Shown piece by piece: positions 43,040-55,461 of a stretch of DNA of 64,000 nt. Where the stretch lies: assembly GCA_977017575.1 (NCBI GenBank), contig CDRNVI010000059.1, forward strand, positions 1 through 64,000. Direction: 5' to 3'. Each line of letters begins with the position of its first letter. Within the stretch, counting starts at the first letter, position 1. Below the pieces are notes generated by a model. It was not told the DNA's origin. It worked only from the letters and a program-made list of their open reading frames with translations, and ran no database searches. Position numbers and translations under genes: made by a program. This stretch comes from Paramoeba atlantica (Eukaryota; Protista; Discosea).

Positions 43040-44900
43040 TGGTTATTCGCGAAGTTCCGGATCGAGTCTCTCGACCTCTCCTCGGCCTGACTTGGGAACC
43101 CTTCGCTTGTTGTACGGGAGGGCGTAGGCGCGGGCGTGTGCCGACAGCGGCACGGTCGCGAAACAGGATGCTGACCAACGGGGATGAACAAAGTTCCCTA
43201 CCCATGTCCTACCTCACTTGGAACACCTAGCCCGTGGGGGCTAGGCGTGAGCGTAGACCCCTGTCGGCATCGACCAGCGTCCGTACCGGAAGTTTCCCAC
43301 AAAAGTTACTCCTCCTGGCTATACCCCACGAGAGCTGAGTTGGTGTTTGCCGCGGGAAGGCGTAGTATAACGGCCAGATTTCGCAGGCGAGGAAATCGGT
43401 GGGTCTGGCGAGTGATCCACTACTTCTCTTTGTCATAGCCTAGGAGCGCTGAATCAGGGCCCACCGTCGTAGGGTGAGCATGGGGGCTTGGGATCTCATC
43501 AGGTTTACATTTAGGGATGTGAGGAACTGGTGTAGAGAATCCCCTTTCGCTAGAACATCCCCTGAGTTGGCATTGCATGCCCTACCTGCAGCAACCACCC
43601 TAAGAATCGACATTGCGCTAGGGCTCCACGAGCCGAACGATTCTACCAGCATAGCGGTAAACTTCATTCGCCCCGCTTCAGCCCCTTCTCCTTGTTTAAC
43701 CTTGTTGGCGGTCGCGTATTGCTCCGCAAACGACCCGCGCCGTCACCCAGTTAGTCCGCCGTCACGGACTGTGTCCGTATATTTTCGTTGCTGGACATGA
43801 GTGACAGCGAAGTCGAGTACGAGGGCCTTACCGCGACCGAAACTTCGAATGAAGACGTCACCAGGTCTGGTGAGTGCGCCCCCCGGATCTGTGTTCCCCA
43901 AACTGGCTTCTCGTTGAGGGGCAAGCCCGACCTTTGAGCATTCCGATGAGAATTGGGATACCAAGGCATTGTGCCGAGCAGTGATCCCGTGCCCGCATTT
44001 GCATGCCAGTGCGTGTTCACCCCCTGGGCCTAGGGGCTGTTTGCACTTTTCCATAGGACAGGGATGGAGGTCCGGATAGATGGTTTCCCCCAGCCACCAA
44101 CTGACTAACATGCGAAACTCCATGGGGGCGTACGCAAAGCCGTTCTTTATATTTGGACGGCAACACGAAAGCCCACTCCGACGCCCCTTCTCCCGTTTCC
44201 GAGCTCCACCGAGCCCTCGTGCTTGGGTCAGCGTGCGCGAGTGCGTGTTCGAATGCGTGGGACGAAATGGCATGACTCAGGTTCCGTTGCCGACGTATGA
44301 CTAATTTGGTGTCTATTTCTTGGGTCTCATTGGTTTGAAAGGGCTGGTGCTCTGACACGACCGAGCTTTGTAGAATTTTTCCCGCTTCATTATCAATGAT
44401 ACTCTTCGCTGCGCGTTTGTTCATCGATCACTGCCTCTTCGAAATCTTTGGCGTCCGTTGGATCCCAAAAGTCTTTCTCCGCTGCGAATGCGACTGAGAA
44501 CACATAAGCGGAGGCAGAATGCTCTTCAGCTGAACGGGGTTCCTATCCACCAAACCGTTTGCCTCTCCGTGTTTGTCCCTGTACTGCGTCGCCGAGTGGC
44601 CCGAAAAAGTGTGCGATAGCGTCTTGTGCGATAGCGTCATCGACACGTCGACAGAGATCCTGGAGCTCCGGCATTGAGGTAGTACAAAGTGAGTAAACCA
44701 TCTGACAGAAGCCTGTGCAGTGCTGAAGAAGTGAAAGGGCCACCTAGGGGTCCTCGACGTTGGTTATGCCTTTCAGCGAGTCCTCTGCGACCTTCAGGGC
44801 TTGGTACCAGAGCAGAAGGCAGTCTCCTCCTCTCCATGGAGCCAGAGCTCCATGCACTTTTCTACTTATGCATCACCGAACCCGCGCCGAACCCGCGACC
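43040..44900 (-). mobile_element. CRE-clade retrotransposon 3' portion: degenerate RT, zinc knuckle, RLE, structured 3' UTR
   Basis: RGPLGGPF, YLNA (decayed YLDD), CPMEKC...GEHALAC...RHNAL, RPGDV...LDFAVTH, VESFGSW; stop at 43440. Confidence 0.85.
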
Positions 44901-45203
44901 CGTAGCCCCTCATATGGGGAGCACGATGTGTGCCCTTTACGACCGCCACGGTAAGGAGCCGGGAGAACGCACTTTGGAAGCATCGCGAGGAGGGGCCAGA
45001 TCTGTACTGTGTTTTCTTTGACAACGGATACCAATGCTTCAGTCAAAATCCTGGCCCACAAGAATCTGAAGCAACGGAGAACGTCCTTGCAGGTGCTTAA
45101 AGGAAGTGCACAAATTGAGCTAAGTAAATCACCTGGATGCTCTTCATTTAAACTGAAAACGGAGGCCTATGTACACTCCTTTTCGATTTCAAAAGAAAGA
45201 TTA

Positions 45204-46098
45204 TTATTCCTCATAGTCGGAGGCGCAGCTATCGGAACTAAGTTCGTCGAAGTCCTCGTGGGGAAGTCCGTAACTGTCCTGAATGCATTTCAAGATATTT
45301 ACGAAGCGGCTCTGCCACGATTGCTCCCGACCATTGTGAGTATCTCCATGCTTCACACACTGCAGCGCAACGTTGCGCTGCAACTCCAGCGTTGTGGCAC
45401 CAAAATTATAGTGCTGTAATCTTACCCAATATTTTATAGTACTACGCTGTAGTACCACGGATCAGGAACTGGCAAGATGGCGGATGATGAAGCCATGGAG
45501 GGTAGGCATATCACGACGCTTCACCAGTTTCCAATGGGTCCGCCCCGTTTTAACAGTCCCACGTGATTCCGTGACAGTTGCAAACCACCATCCCCTTTTT
45601 GTGCGGCCTACGCCCCCCAATGTATTTCCTTTTGCCCATGAACGTCCCATCGATTTGCATGCGACTAAATTCGTACTCTGCCGTTGGTTCTTGGCGAAGC
45701 GCAGCATCTGCAAGAGAGCGTAAGAAGTCCTGGACAACCTTCCGATCGAGCCCACGGTTGCGGGTGATTTGCCCTGTGCACATGTTCTTTGCAATGTCCA
45801 CCCATACGAGCAAGACATGCCCCGGGGTAAGATGTGTGCGCGTCCACTTGCATTTCTTAATCCGGCAACGATTTACATTTCCAGGCTCTCGATAAGTACT
45901 AATCATAAGACGGGGGTCGCCAGGAACTTCCGACATGAAACCAATACCATGCAAGTGACAGGTCGTCGGACGAAACATGTCGTGACTCCGCATCGAATCT
46001 TCGGCATCGCGACCTTGCGGAATATCCCTTACACTGCGCCATCGAGAAACACAATTAAAAGCTAGACAGCCAGTACACAAAGGATGAACAGGTCTCAT
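45204..46098 (-). mobile_element. Merlin/IS1595 transposase pseudogene of a second subfamily
   Basis: MQIDGTFMGKRKYIGGR, WFATV, KRRDMPTL, THNG.EQSW; frameshifts and stops. Confidence 0.8.
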
Positions 46099-46777
46099 GC
46101 GCCAATTTGAAGAGTCAATTTGCGTATCCTAGGGAGAAGGAAGTTCGCGGCGACCAGTTGAAGGTTCCTGGTAAGTAGCGTTTTCAAGTAGAGCCATAAA
46201 TCGTGCGAACATTCGTTCGTTGCGGTCAGCATCGTGGTCCTGACTACCTTGATCCATAGAATAAAAAGGTAAAGAGTTAGAAAAGAGAGAAGGGCTTCTT
46301 GGACTAAAGTTTAGGATTTAGGATTAAAGTTTGGATTGCTCTAAAATTTATAATGTGACCCCCCTTTAATACGGACCCCCCTGATCCCTCCCCCCTTTAA
46401 TACGATTTTTTTTGAACTTTTTTGGAAAGAAATTGGAAAAAGTTTCGATTTTCATTTTTTCATTTTTAAGATTTTCATTGTTCGGGAGCACGACTCAAAG
46501 GGTTGTTTGTCAGCCGAGTGATCGCTTTTGCCCCAAGTCCGTTCTCCGTTGAGATCTGTAGCCGGCTACAGAAGTGGTACCGTATAAGACTTTAAAAACC
46601 TGGTTTGCGGTGCTCGCATGTGCGGCCGTCAGAAGAGGTTCCAAAAAATATGTTGGGTAATATGCAGTATAAATGTAGGTTGAAAGTGAAATTTTTCAAT
46701 CTTTTTATTGTAAGGTCATTGATGAAGTTCAAGTACATTGGAATACAAGCACTACTCCAGCCTACACTACTATTATA

Positions 46778-48402
46778 CAGGGGGGGTCACCAATTTCCGG
46801 GGGGGGGTCTAAAATTTATGTCGTGTGAGCTTTTGACCTAATTCCTTCGGTATTCAACAGATCTCAAAATTCTATGCTGTTTTGCGCTATAAAACGTATC
46901 ACAAAAAAACATATGACTATATGAGAAATTTTTAAGGAAAAATAGGGTCAAAATAGTGCAAAATATTCGAAATATTACGAAAATTCATAATTTATGCTGT
47001 ATAATTGTTGATATAAAGAGAGATTCAGTCTACAAGTGCAACAAACTATTACGAAATGGATTCTTTAACTGGGTTAAAAGAAAAGCGTCGGCTACTGTAA
47101 TTATGGACAATGCCCCCGGCCATGGTCATGCCCGCCGAGTCGGACGTGACATGGGAATTGAAATCCCCGACTGGCCGGCCAAGTCAAAGTTCTAAATCTT
47201 ATTGAAAATTTATGGAGTATGATGGATCATCATATTAAGTTTCATCTTCGACCCACTAATCGTACGGAATTACAAGTATCGATAAGTAAAGCTTTAGATT
47301 ATCTTTTAAAGGATATGAAGGCAGCGTATGAAAACGCTTTGAAAAGTTTTCCGTCCCGAATTAGGCTTCTTAGAGAAAAAAATGGAGGTTCAATACTAAA
47401 ATAGTTCGTCCAAAAAAATCTGCAAATACTTGAAAATCTCAAGAATGTCAAGAATTTTTCTTATAAGCCCCCCACAGCGAATAAGTCACCCCCCTCTTTT
47501 TTTTGTACAACGAGGCTTAGTTGGGTTGCGGCACCACTTTTTCGTTCAAAATTTTGAGATCTGCACGTTCCCGCTGTTTTTAGACCTCTTCACAGATAAC
47601 AAATTAAAATTCATTTTTTTAATGACGTTTTTACATAGTCATGCCAATATTACCCGAAAAATCTCATGTTCCTCGACCAGGGGGGGAGAAGGCGGTCAAC
47701 ATGAAAATGGTGTCACAGATCTTCACTAGGGGAACGAGATCTCTCGATTGCAACAAAAATGATCAAAAACAGATAACAAGCATTCAATTTGTCACGTGGT
47801 GGAATATTTGTCTTTGACTGGTTCTTTCTTGAAACGGTGATAAATCAACTCTTTTAAGCTGTCCCCTTTACTTTTTGCTTGAAGGGGCCTAAGGGGGTTA
47901 AGATATCATTTTCTCGTTCAAAATTCTGAGATCTACACTTTCCCACCATTTTTAAAAATAGCGGCAAAGATCTTTGCTAGGAGAACGAGATCTCTTGTTC
48001 GCAACAAAAATCAGCAAAAACGGACAAAAATAATTGAATTTCTCATGGGAGGAGAATATTTATTTTGTTAAAGTGTGAGAAATTGGCCTCTTGAAAAATG
48101 TGAAGAGAGTGCTAATCCATCTATCGGATGCACGCATTTGAGAGCCTTGGTTCCATGCTATAACGCGCAAAGTCTTTGTGTTGGGAACAGCAAAATGCAA
48201 CAAAAATGAGCTCAAACGGACACTTGGCTGAAAAGTTAGAGGGGGGTGATTTTCGCTGTGGGGGGTTTATAATTTTTAAAATGGGTTTTTATACCGCAAA
48301 ACAGCTTAGAATTTCGAGATCTGTTGAATACCGAAGGAATTAGGTCAAAAGCTCACACGACACAAATTTTAGACCCCCGCGGAAATTGGTGACCCCCCCC
48401 TG
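46778..48402 (+). mobile_element. Tc1-like element with about 120-bp TIRs and a transposase C-terminal remnant
   Basis: TIR CAGGGGGGGTCACCAATTTCC...; TA flanks; IMDNAPGH...DWPAKS/LNLIENLW at about 47100-47220. Confidence 0.9.
47466..48266. mobile_element. Nested MITE, inverted copy of 8127-9061 with an internal deletion
   Basis: Same TIRs, TA TSD, high identity. Confidence 0.9.
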
Positions 48403-48991
48403 TATACTACTGCGTTATCCTCTGATTCCCTTTTGTAAAAACACTAAAAATTGTTGAAACATTTGAACACTTTTTTTAGTTACTGTAGGTTGTTAGTGCG
48501 CGAAGAAGGAAGAAGGGAACGGACTACCTGTTCAATGAATTTTCATCGAACGCCCCCCCTCGACGAGAACTCGTCCTTCGATGCTGTCCTCGAAAAAGAA
48601 CTCGTCCTCCGAATGCTGTCCTTCGATGAGTAGCTGTAGTCATAATAATATTATTATTGGCCAACACGATAGGAAAATGTTTTTTTACAGTACGAAAATG
48701 TTGCCAAGCTTTTAATCGCGTCACAGTACGATACATCTTTTTCAAACTTTGACCGGTGCTGTACAACGCACATAACCGTGAGTATGTGCTGCTGCTCAGT
48801 GTGAATAACTATAATAACAAAGATCCGCCTGAATGAAAAGGCTACTTTGTTGAAAACGCTTGAAAATATATAAAGTCTCTTGTGACAATGACCCTTTAGT
48901 ACTAATATAATGTCAAGTTGACGACGTCTCGTATTTCGTCTGTTCATCGGTCTTCCTGCCCCTTTCTTATGTGTGTACATTTTTATAAATA

Positions 48992-49170
48992 CTGCCCCCC
49001 CTCCCCTTAAGCGCACCCTGTCAGACCCCCCCGTTCAAGCGCACATAGAGTTGAGGTGCGGACTCCGGCGCCGCGAAGCCGCGCCAATTTTTTTTTTACG
49101 TATTGATTCAGACCCCCCGTTTAAGCGCACTTTTCACGGAAAACGAGGTGCGCTTAAAAGGGGGGGACAG
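48992..49170. mobile_element. About 180-bp TA-flanked MITE
   Basis: TIR CTG(T)CCCCCC...TTAAGCGCACC. Confidence 0.7.
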
Positions 49171-49189
49171 TAACTTCCAGTATCTGAGT

Positions 49190-49330
49190 ACCGGCGTTGT
49201 GGGGTTCCCAACCAGCTGAATGTGTTGATAGGACCCTACGTCTTCCGGGCACCAGTAACGGTACCAAGCACGTCGCCCTGGAGAATTCCTATTTCATTTC
49301 GGAAAGAATCCGTATGGCCGTACGGTGTTC
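49190..49330 (-). mobile_element. RT fragment (RTE-like domain 4)
   Basis: GIVRTPYGHTDSFRNEIGILQGDVL. Confidence 0.7.
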
Positions 49331-49723
49331 GGACTATGCCTTGTAAATTGGAGCACAATGACGTTTTTCACTGTTAAGTTAAGAGTCCGAGGGGTACCTC
49401 CTCGTGGGACCCCCTCGTGGTCTTTCCTGGCGCTGCTATCTTACCGATAGTACAGACGCTGACTTTCATTAAAGAAAAAAAGGAAACCGGCAAAATTGAA
49501 ATAGAAGAAGAGAAATATATGCGGATTTAGAGTCCAAATGTCCAAAGAGCGTGTGTGTCGACTTACATCTAAAATGGCATACTGTGACCCCCCCTTTAAT
49601 ATGGACAGGGGGTATCCCCCCCTTTATTATGGACAAATCCGACCGGGCGCCGCGGAGCGGCGCCATATTTTTTTTTGCCACTTTTTTTTTCGTCTTTTTT
49701 TCTGTTTTTTAGGGTATGTGTAG

Positions 49724-49960
49724 CTAGGTAATTTTGTCAGCTTTCACATCACACAAAGGAGAAAACACCGTCCTATCAATCACTTTTTGTGGCAATCTAC
49801 ACCGCTCGTTTTTTACACAGCGTATGAAAGAAGGCTTATCCGACGGAGCAAGTTCGTCCACGGCCACCTGGACCATGTACCATACATTTTGTATGGGGGA
49901 AAGATCTGGTGAATTGGGAGGCCAATTTTTTAAAATTTCTTTCATTCGGCTTTTAAGAAA
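49724..49960 (-). mobile_element. Tc1/IS630 transposase C-terminal scrap, same family as 7175-8106
   Basis: NWPPNSPDLSPIQNVWYMVQVAVDELAPSDKPS. Confidence 0.8.
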
Positions 49961-50065
49961 GAAAAACGTACCTTTTGGACGACTCGAGACCCTCGTCTTC
50001 GGAAGCAAACCCCATTTTGCCGCATATGCTTTTTTCAACAGGAAGTGTGGGATAGGCGTTAGCAC

Positions 50066-51282
50066 ATTTATAATGCATATTAACTGCACGTTTATAATGC
50101 ATACTAAGCGGCACATTCAAATGCATATAGCACATTCACATGCATAACAGCACATTCACATGCATAATGCACATTCACATGCATATTAAGCGGCACATTC
50201 ACATGCATAAATCTGGCACATTCACATGCATAGAGCACATTCACATGCATAACAGCACATTCACATGCATAAAATTTTAGGCACGGATTTTAACTTTTTC
50301 GAAAAGTTGGTGCGGGGTGCTATGGAAGCTCACCTTTGCTCCCGGTGAGGCCCCGGAGTTGCGAGAGGCCTCCATACCCCACAACTACCACCTTCCCCCC
50401 CTATTTAGCGGGGGACCACTCGCACACTGATAATGCATAAAACTCGCACACTGATAATGCATAAAACTCGCACACTGATAATGCATATTGGCACACTGAT
50501 AATGCATATTGATAATGCATATGTGAATGTGCTAATATGCATCTGAATGTGCTATATGCATTATCAATGTGCTATATGCAATATCAGTGTGCTATATGCA
50601 TTATCAGTGTGCTATATGCATTATCAATGTGCCGCCTAGTATGCATTATCAATGTGCCGCCTAGTATGCATTATCAATGTGCGGGCGCCTTCTGGACCTC
50701 TTTGCGAAAATCATTTCGCCAAGTCGGATCTCCGTAGAAGTTTACTGGGAGCGCCCGTGCGGGAGCCACCCCCCTAAGTAAGAACTAAGTAAGAAACTAG
50801 CGCGACCCCCGCTAAATAGGGGGGGAAGGTGGTAGTTGTTTGGGGGGAAATGAGAGGCCGAACGCACGGAGGGGCCGGCCGGGCCAATGAGCCAATAATA
50901 TCTACACGTTTTTTGAATTTTGTGATTAAAAGGGAAGGATCAACAAAATTGAGAAATATGCATGTGAATGTGCTTTATGCATGCGAATGTGCTATATGCA
51001 TTTGAATGTGCTGTTATGCATTTGAATGTGCTGTTATGCATTTGAATGTGCTGTTATGCATTTGAATGTGCTGTTATGCATGTGAATGTGCCGCTTAGTA
51101 TGCATTATCAATGTGCAGTAAATATGCATTTGTATGTGCTATATGCATGTGAATGTGCTGTTATGCATGTGAATGTGCTGTTATGCACCTGAATGTGCTA
51201 TATGCATGTGAATGTGCTAATATGCATCTGAATGTGCTATATGCATTATAAATGTGCCGCTTAGTATGCATTATAAATGTGC
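50066..51282. mobile_element. Foldback-like element with modular inverted arms of 17-19-bp ATGCAT units
   Basis: Left arm (GCACATTCACATGCATA)n 50066-50272; right arm (TATGCATGTGAATGTGC)n 50960-51282; GC-rich hairpin modules inside. Confidence 0.75.
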
Positions 51283-51421
51283 GGGCGGCATACGCAAGAC
51301 CGTAGAGGAAGGAGGAGGCGCAAGGCCAAAAGCAGAAGGTGGAGCCTTTTTGCCACAGCGACGACGACTTCCTCGCGTGGGAAGCTCTAAGGAGTCCTAG
51401 AGAACATGTTTTTACTGCGTA

Positions 51422-51601
51422 GCCCAGGGTAAAGTGGACAAGGGAGATACCAATAGTGTAGGTGCGGCAGTTTCCACAGAAAAAACGGTATCTCCCTTAT
51501 GGCATGAAGATAGGCGCCTAAGAAGGTGGAGATACCGGTTTTCCTGTGGAAACTGCCGCACCTAGACTATTGGTACCTCCCTCGTCCACTTTACCCTGGG
51601 T
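51422..51601. mobile_element. Palindromic MITE copy 2, preceded by a Merlin 3' remnant
   Basis: About 70-bp TIRs CCCAGGGTAAAGTGGAC...; 51335-51400 matches 23725-23780. Confidence 0.85.
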
Positions 51602-51829
51602 TGTTAGTATCAAAAATTCGTGTATCAAATACTGTTTTGTCTGAAAATATGACACGCTCAGTTTCCTGATCATAATTTAAAGCGAATTGTACTATTTTTG
51701 TTTGTTGTAGTTCGGTTCCTTTTAGTTTAACTCGTTAAACTGGAAGGGGTACTCCTTACCCGGCTCGTCAGACCACACACCCCACAACTCCAGCCCTTCT
51801 ATCCGAATCTTTCCCTCCACCATCTGCCG

Positions 51830-52330
51830 GTCACCTCCTCCAGGGGATACTCAGCTCCCATCACCCTATTGCTCACCATCCAAACCTTCTGAAACGCCTG
51901 CCGACCAACTACATACACGGCGTGTATAGTTATGCCGTTATACGAATCACGTCCGTCGGTCGACTGCAGATAGAGGCGAAAGCACTCTCCTAGGATTTCA
52001 ACTTTTCTGTAGAGAATTCCATTATGGTTCAACCTTCGTATTTTGCTCTCCAGAAAATGTGCCTCGTTTCCTGCAGGCACATAACACCAGCCACCTTTTT
52101 GTGCGTGAAGGTAAGCACCTCATTCAGACGGGCGTTCGTCTTCCCCTTCTACAACCTGTAGAAATTAAACGTTGTAACGTTTAATTACTTGCGAACACGC
52201 TTGCTCTGATTGCGTCTAGAAATTTTGATATACAAGGCACAGGTTTCGTCTTTTTGCATTTACACAACCGTCCCCTTTTCCGGCCCCCATCGCCGATCGT
52301 GTATTACCTCGATGATTCCTTGTTCACTAT
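51830..52330 (-). mobile_element. Merlin scrap joined to an APE endonuclease N-terminal remnant
   Basis: MQKDETCA..KRVRK then TTFNFYRL...RLNEVL...VMCLQETR. Confidence 0.6.
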
Positions 52331-52553
52331 GCGTAAAACGCAATATGAAAATGAAAAGTACAATTTAATATTAATTTTTCTTTGAGGAGCAACAATCTTA
52401 CACCATTGATTGTCATGCATCCCTCTTTGGCGAAAAAGATTATGACTTATCAAACATATTGTAGCACTGTAATATTTTAATTTTTCACTGTACTTTTTGT
52501 TGCCTTAGTACCTATCGTGTACTATAATTTCTTAATTGATTCTTAGTCATCCG

Positions 52554-53330
52554 ATGCCTCCAAAATCAACCCCGAGTGTAAAGCAGTTACAGAAAAAGCA
52601 AGACAAAATGGTGGAGGATAAAACATTTGGACTGAAGAATAAAAACCGATCCAAGACTGTTCAGAAATACATTTCCTCCATTTCTCAGACTGTGAAAGGT
52701 TCTAACAACCCGGAGATCAAGAGAAAACTCGCAGAAGCTGACGCCAGAAAAAGAGCGAAAGAGGAAAAGGAGCGCAAAGAGCAGGAAATGGCTCGCCTTT
52801 TTCAAGATATTAAAATGCAGAAAGAAAAGAAAACCGAAGACAATACACAGGAGCTCCCAAAAGTTTACAACGAAGAAACGGGTGAGTACATGTGGCAACC
52901 AGAAGATTTTACAGCAGTGGAACATGATAGCCGTAGGTTAGAAGAACAACTCGAATCGGAGCTCGAACAGGTGCGTGCGATGCCACTAGATACAAGAACT
53001 CCCGTCACCGCAGAAAGTTTCCAGGAGTGGAAGCGATTAAAAAAGAAGGAGGAAGGAGATAAGGCCTCTCGTGCATTGAAGAAAGATTTGAAGGAGTATG
53101 AAAAGAAGGGTCATGGTATTACGGGTCGCAATTTATGGCAGCATGATGCTGCATTGTTTGTTGACGATGAGAACGCGGCCAGTGTCGTAGATTATGAAAA
53201 TGAGGAGGAATATTTGGCAAATGAGAGTGATATGTGCGCGAAAATGCGTCAGAATGTGAGAGAAAACGCTCATGTCGGAAGCTTTGACAGTTCTCTTTTC
53301 GACGGTTCGGAAGTCCTACCGGAAGAGTAG
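52554..53330 (+). CDS. ZC3H15/Tma46 (DFRP1)-like protein without CCCH fingers
   Basis: KMVEDKTFGLKNKNRSKTVQKYI and LEEQLESE...RTPVTAESFQEWK. Confidence 0.85.
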   Translation: MPPKSTPSVKQLQKKQDKMVEDKTFGLKNKNRSKTVQKYISSISQTVKGSNNPEIKRKLAEADARKRAKEEKERKEQEMARLFQDIKMQKEKKTEDNTQELPKVYNEETGEYMWQPEDFTAVEHDSRRLEEQLESELEQVRAMPLDTRTPVTAESFQEWKRLKKKEEGDKASRALKKDLKEYEKKGHGITGRNLWQHDAALFVDDENAASVVDYENEEEYLANESDMCAKMRQNVRENAHVGSFDSSLFDGSEVLPEE

Positions 53331-55461
53331 TCCATATGAATCGACAGTGCGAACAGGTACATCATTTTCAACACAGCCACCGTATTCACTTTGTAAACCA
53401 GATTTTCCTAATTTTGTCCTTCTACATACCGCCGTGTGATACGTGCTAGACGTACGGATTGTTAATTACATGCAGTATGAAGCCATACGCTTCTTTGTAG
53501 TACAACTTAGTTCCCGAAATCAAAGTTTAATCCTGTGTGTTCTATTCTTTTAAATAATTTCCTCAGAATTCATATTATTTTTAAACTTTCTTAGACTTCG
53601 TATTCACGTGCCACAATGTAATGCATGTCTTATTCAAACATTCTACGATTTTGTGAGCGAGGTTGCGCCTGGTATATGGTTTTGGTAACCAACCTCGACG
53701 GTACGGATGCGTCGATGTGGCTACTATAGATTCCACTGGATTGAATTTCGAAGTGCCGGTCTCAGAACTATCCTCGGTACGAGATTCTCTGTATCTAGCG
53801 AAAGGCCACTTGCGAGGCTGCTGCAACGAGGTCGTCCCATAGATGTCTGGTCTCCCAGTTTCCATACTTGTATGGAACACTTTTCTAAGATATCGCGGGG
53901 CTCTGTGTGGACCAGCTCTACGTGGACCAGTTCTTTTTCCTTAAAACAAAAGGGGGCGCTAAATGGCCTAAATGGGGGCGCTACTTATGGCTGACACTTT
54001 ACATACAATACGTAATTGTATTTTTTCGTGCGAATCGGTGACAATTACGTAGGGGGATACAGTATGTTTAATTTATTTATTCGTTTCGTTTATTACTTTT
54101 ACATTGTATTTATTACTTGGATCTGAAATTAATTGTGGAACTGGTGCTTCCTTTTCAGGGGACAAAGAGTCAAGGCTGGTATCGTCATCAGCTCCGCACG
54201 ATACATCGGAGTTAAGACTCTTTATCTCCCCTACCGCTTCTAAAGGCTTTGCGTCTACCCCAAGCGACAATGGTCCTTTTCCTTGCGCTTCGGCACTATT
54301 TTTCCGGTGTTCTGGGAATCTGAGTATGCCTGAAAAACAGTTAACTAAAAACAAGTCTCGCAGCTCTTTCAAGGTTGGTCCCATTTTTCGTAAACGGGGT
54401 TGTACAAAAAAAAATCGGTGCCGCTTCGCGGCGCCAATTTCTACGAAGCTTTGAATTTAAACACTAAATAGGGGGGACAAGGTACTAAATACAAAGTGTA
54501 GTAAATAGGGGGGAGACAGTACATGTATTTATTATTTAGACATGGATGCTTATGCGGTAGTATTACTTTTTCTACTAGAAAAATCGATGGGGGACGATAA
54601 AGTACGCGCGAATATGGTAAACGAGATATCACTTTTCTATGTGGCTACTTTGCAGGCTATCGGATGTGAAAGCGGAAAAGACACGAAACAAACCAATGAA
54701 CGACTCAAGAAAGCAAACTATTCCTTAGTTCGTCCAAAAATAGAGAAGCACGTAAAGAAAAATTAACAAGTATGATGCACATTTTTTGCAGTGAATTGTA
54801 CATACAAGCAGGTTTTAATAAGTGTTATTTTTCTAATCTTGCCGTTGAGTTTTTATTTGACTTGCCTTCCATATACGTACAGAGATCGCATTAAGTATCC
54901 GTTGGCGACATCCTTTTCGAGCGGATCATGTGCTGTTGAAATGGGCCGTCGCGTCACTGGTCTTATCTTTGCCCATCAACCTCGACGAGCGCATAAACAA
55001 AATTCTCCCCATTTTCTATTGAATGCTCTACCCCCCCTTTTGTTTAGAGTTTTTGGTAGTGTTGTTTTGGTTTTTTGAGCGGAGGGAGGAATTCGTTTTT
55101 AAGAAATCTGTTCTTGCCCTATTAGTCTCACTAATAAATGGCATAGAAATCTATGATTTTTCTAGGGTGGCAAAAAGCTTCCTTTAAAAAAATCGTTTTT
55201 ACTTTTACAAAACATTGTAAGGTACCTCACAAAACATGTAAGGTGTCGGAACAAACCAAGGTCGCTCGACTGAAAAGAACAACAGACTCGAGACGATTGC
55301 GTCGAAAAACGGTGGTATGTAAAATATTCCCAAAATTGAATAACAAGGGAATGAAGCCGCCCTGGGTACGTACCTTACTACTATTAGGGATGCTACTCAT
55401 TTAGTAGTACTAAAGCAAATAGTTTTTTTAGATTTCTAAAGCGGACGAAAAAGTGAAACTC

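Noticed and set aside
48520-48900. Possible pogo-like remnant, and a possible IS630 remnant at 53581-53880
   Set aside because: Too degenerate; catalytic motifs not readable with confidence.
54073-55404. Short ORFs between the TMA46-like and LRR genes
   Set aside because: No motifs and mixed strands; probably TE debris or chance.
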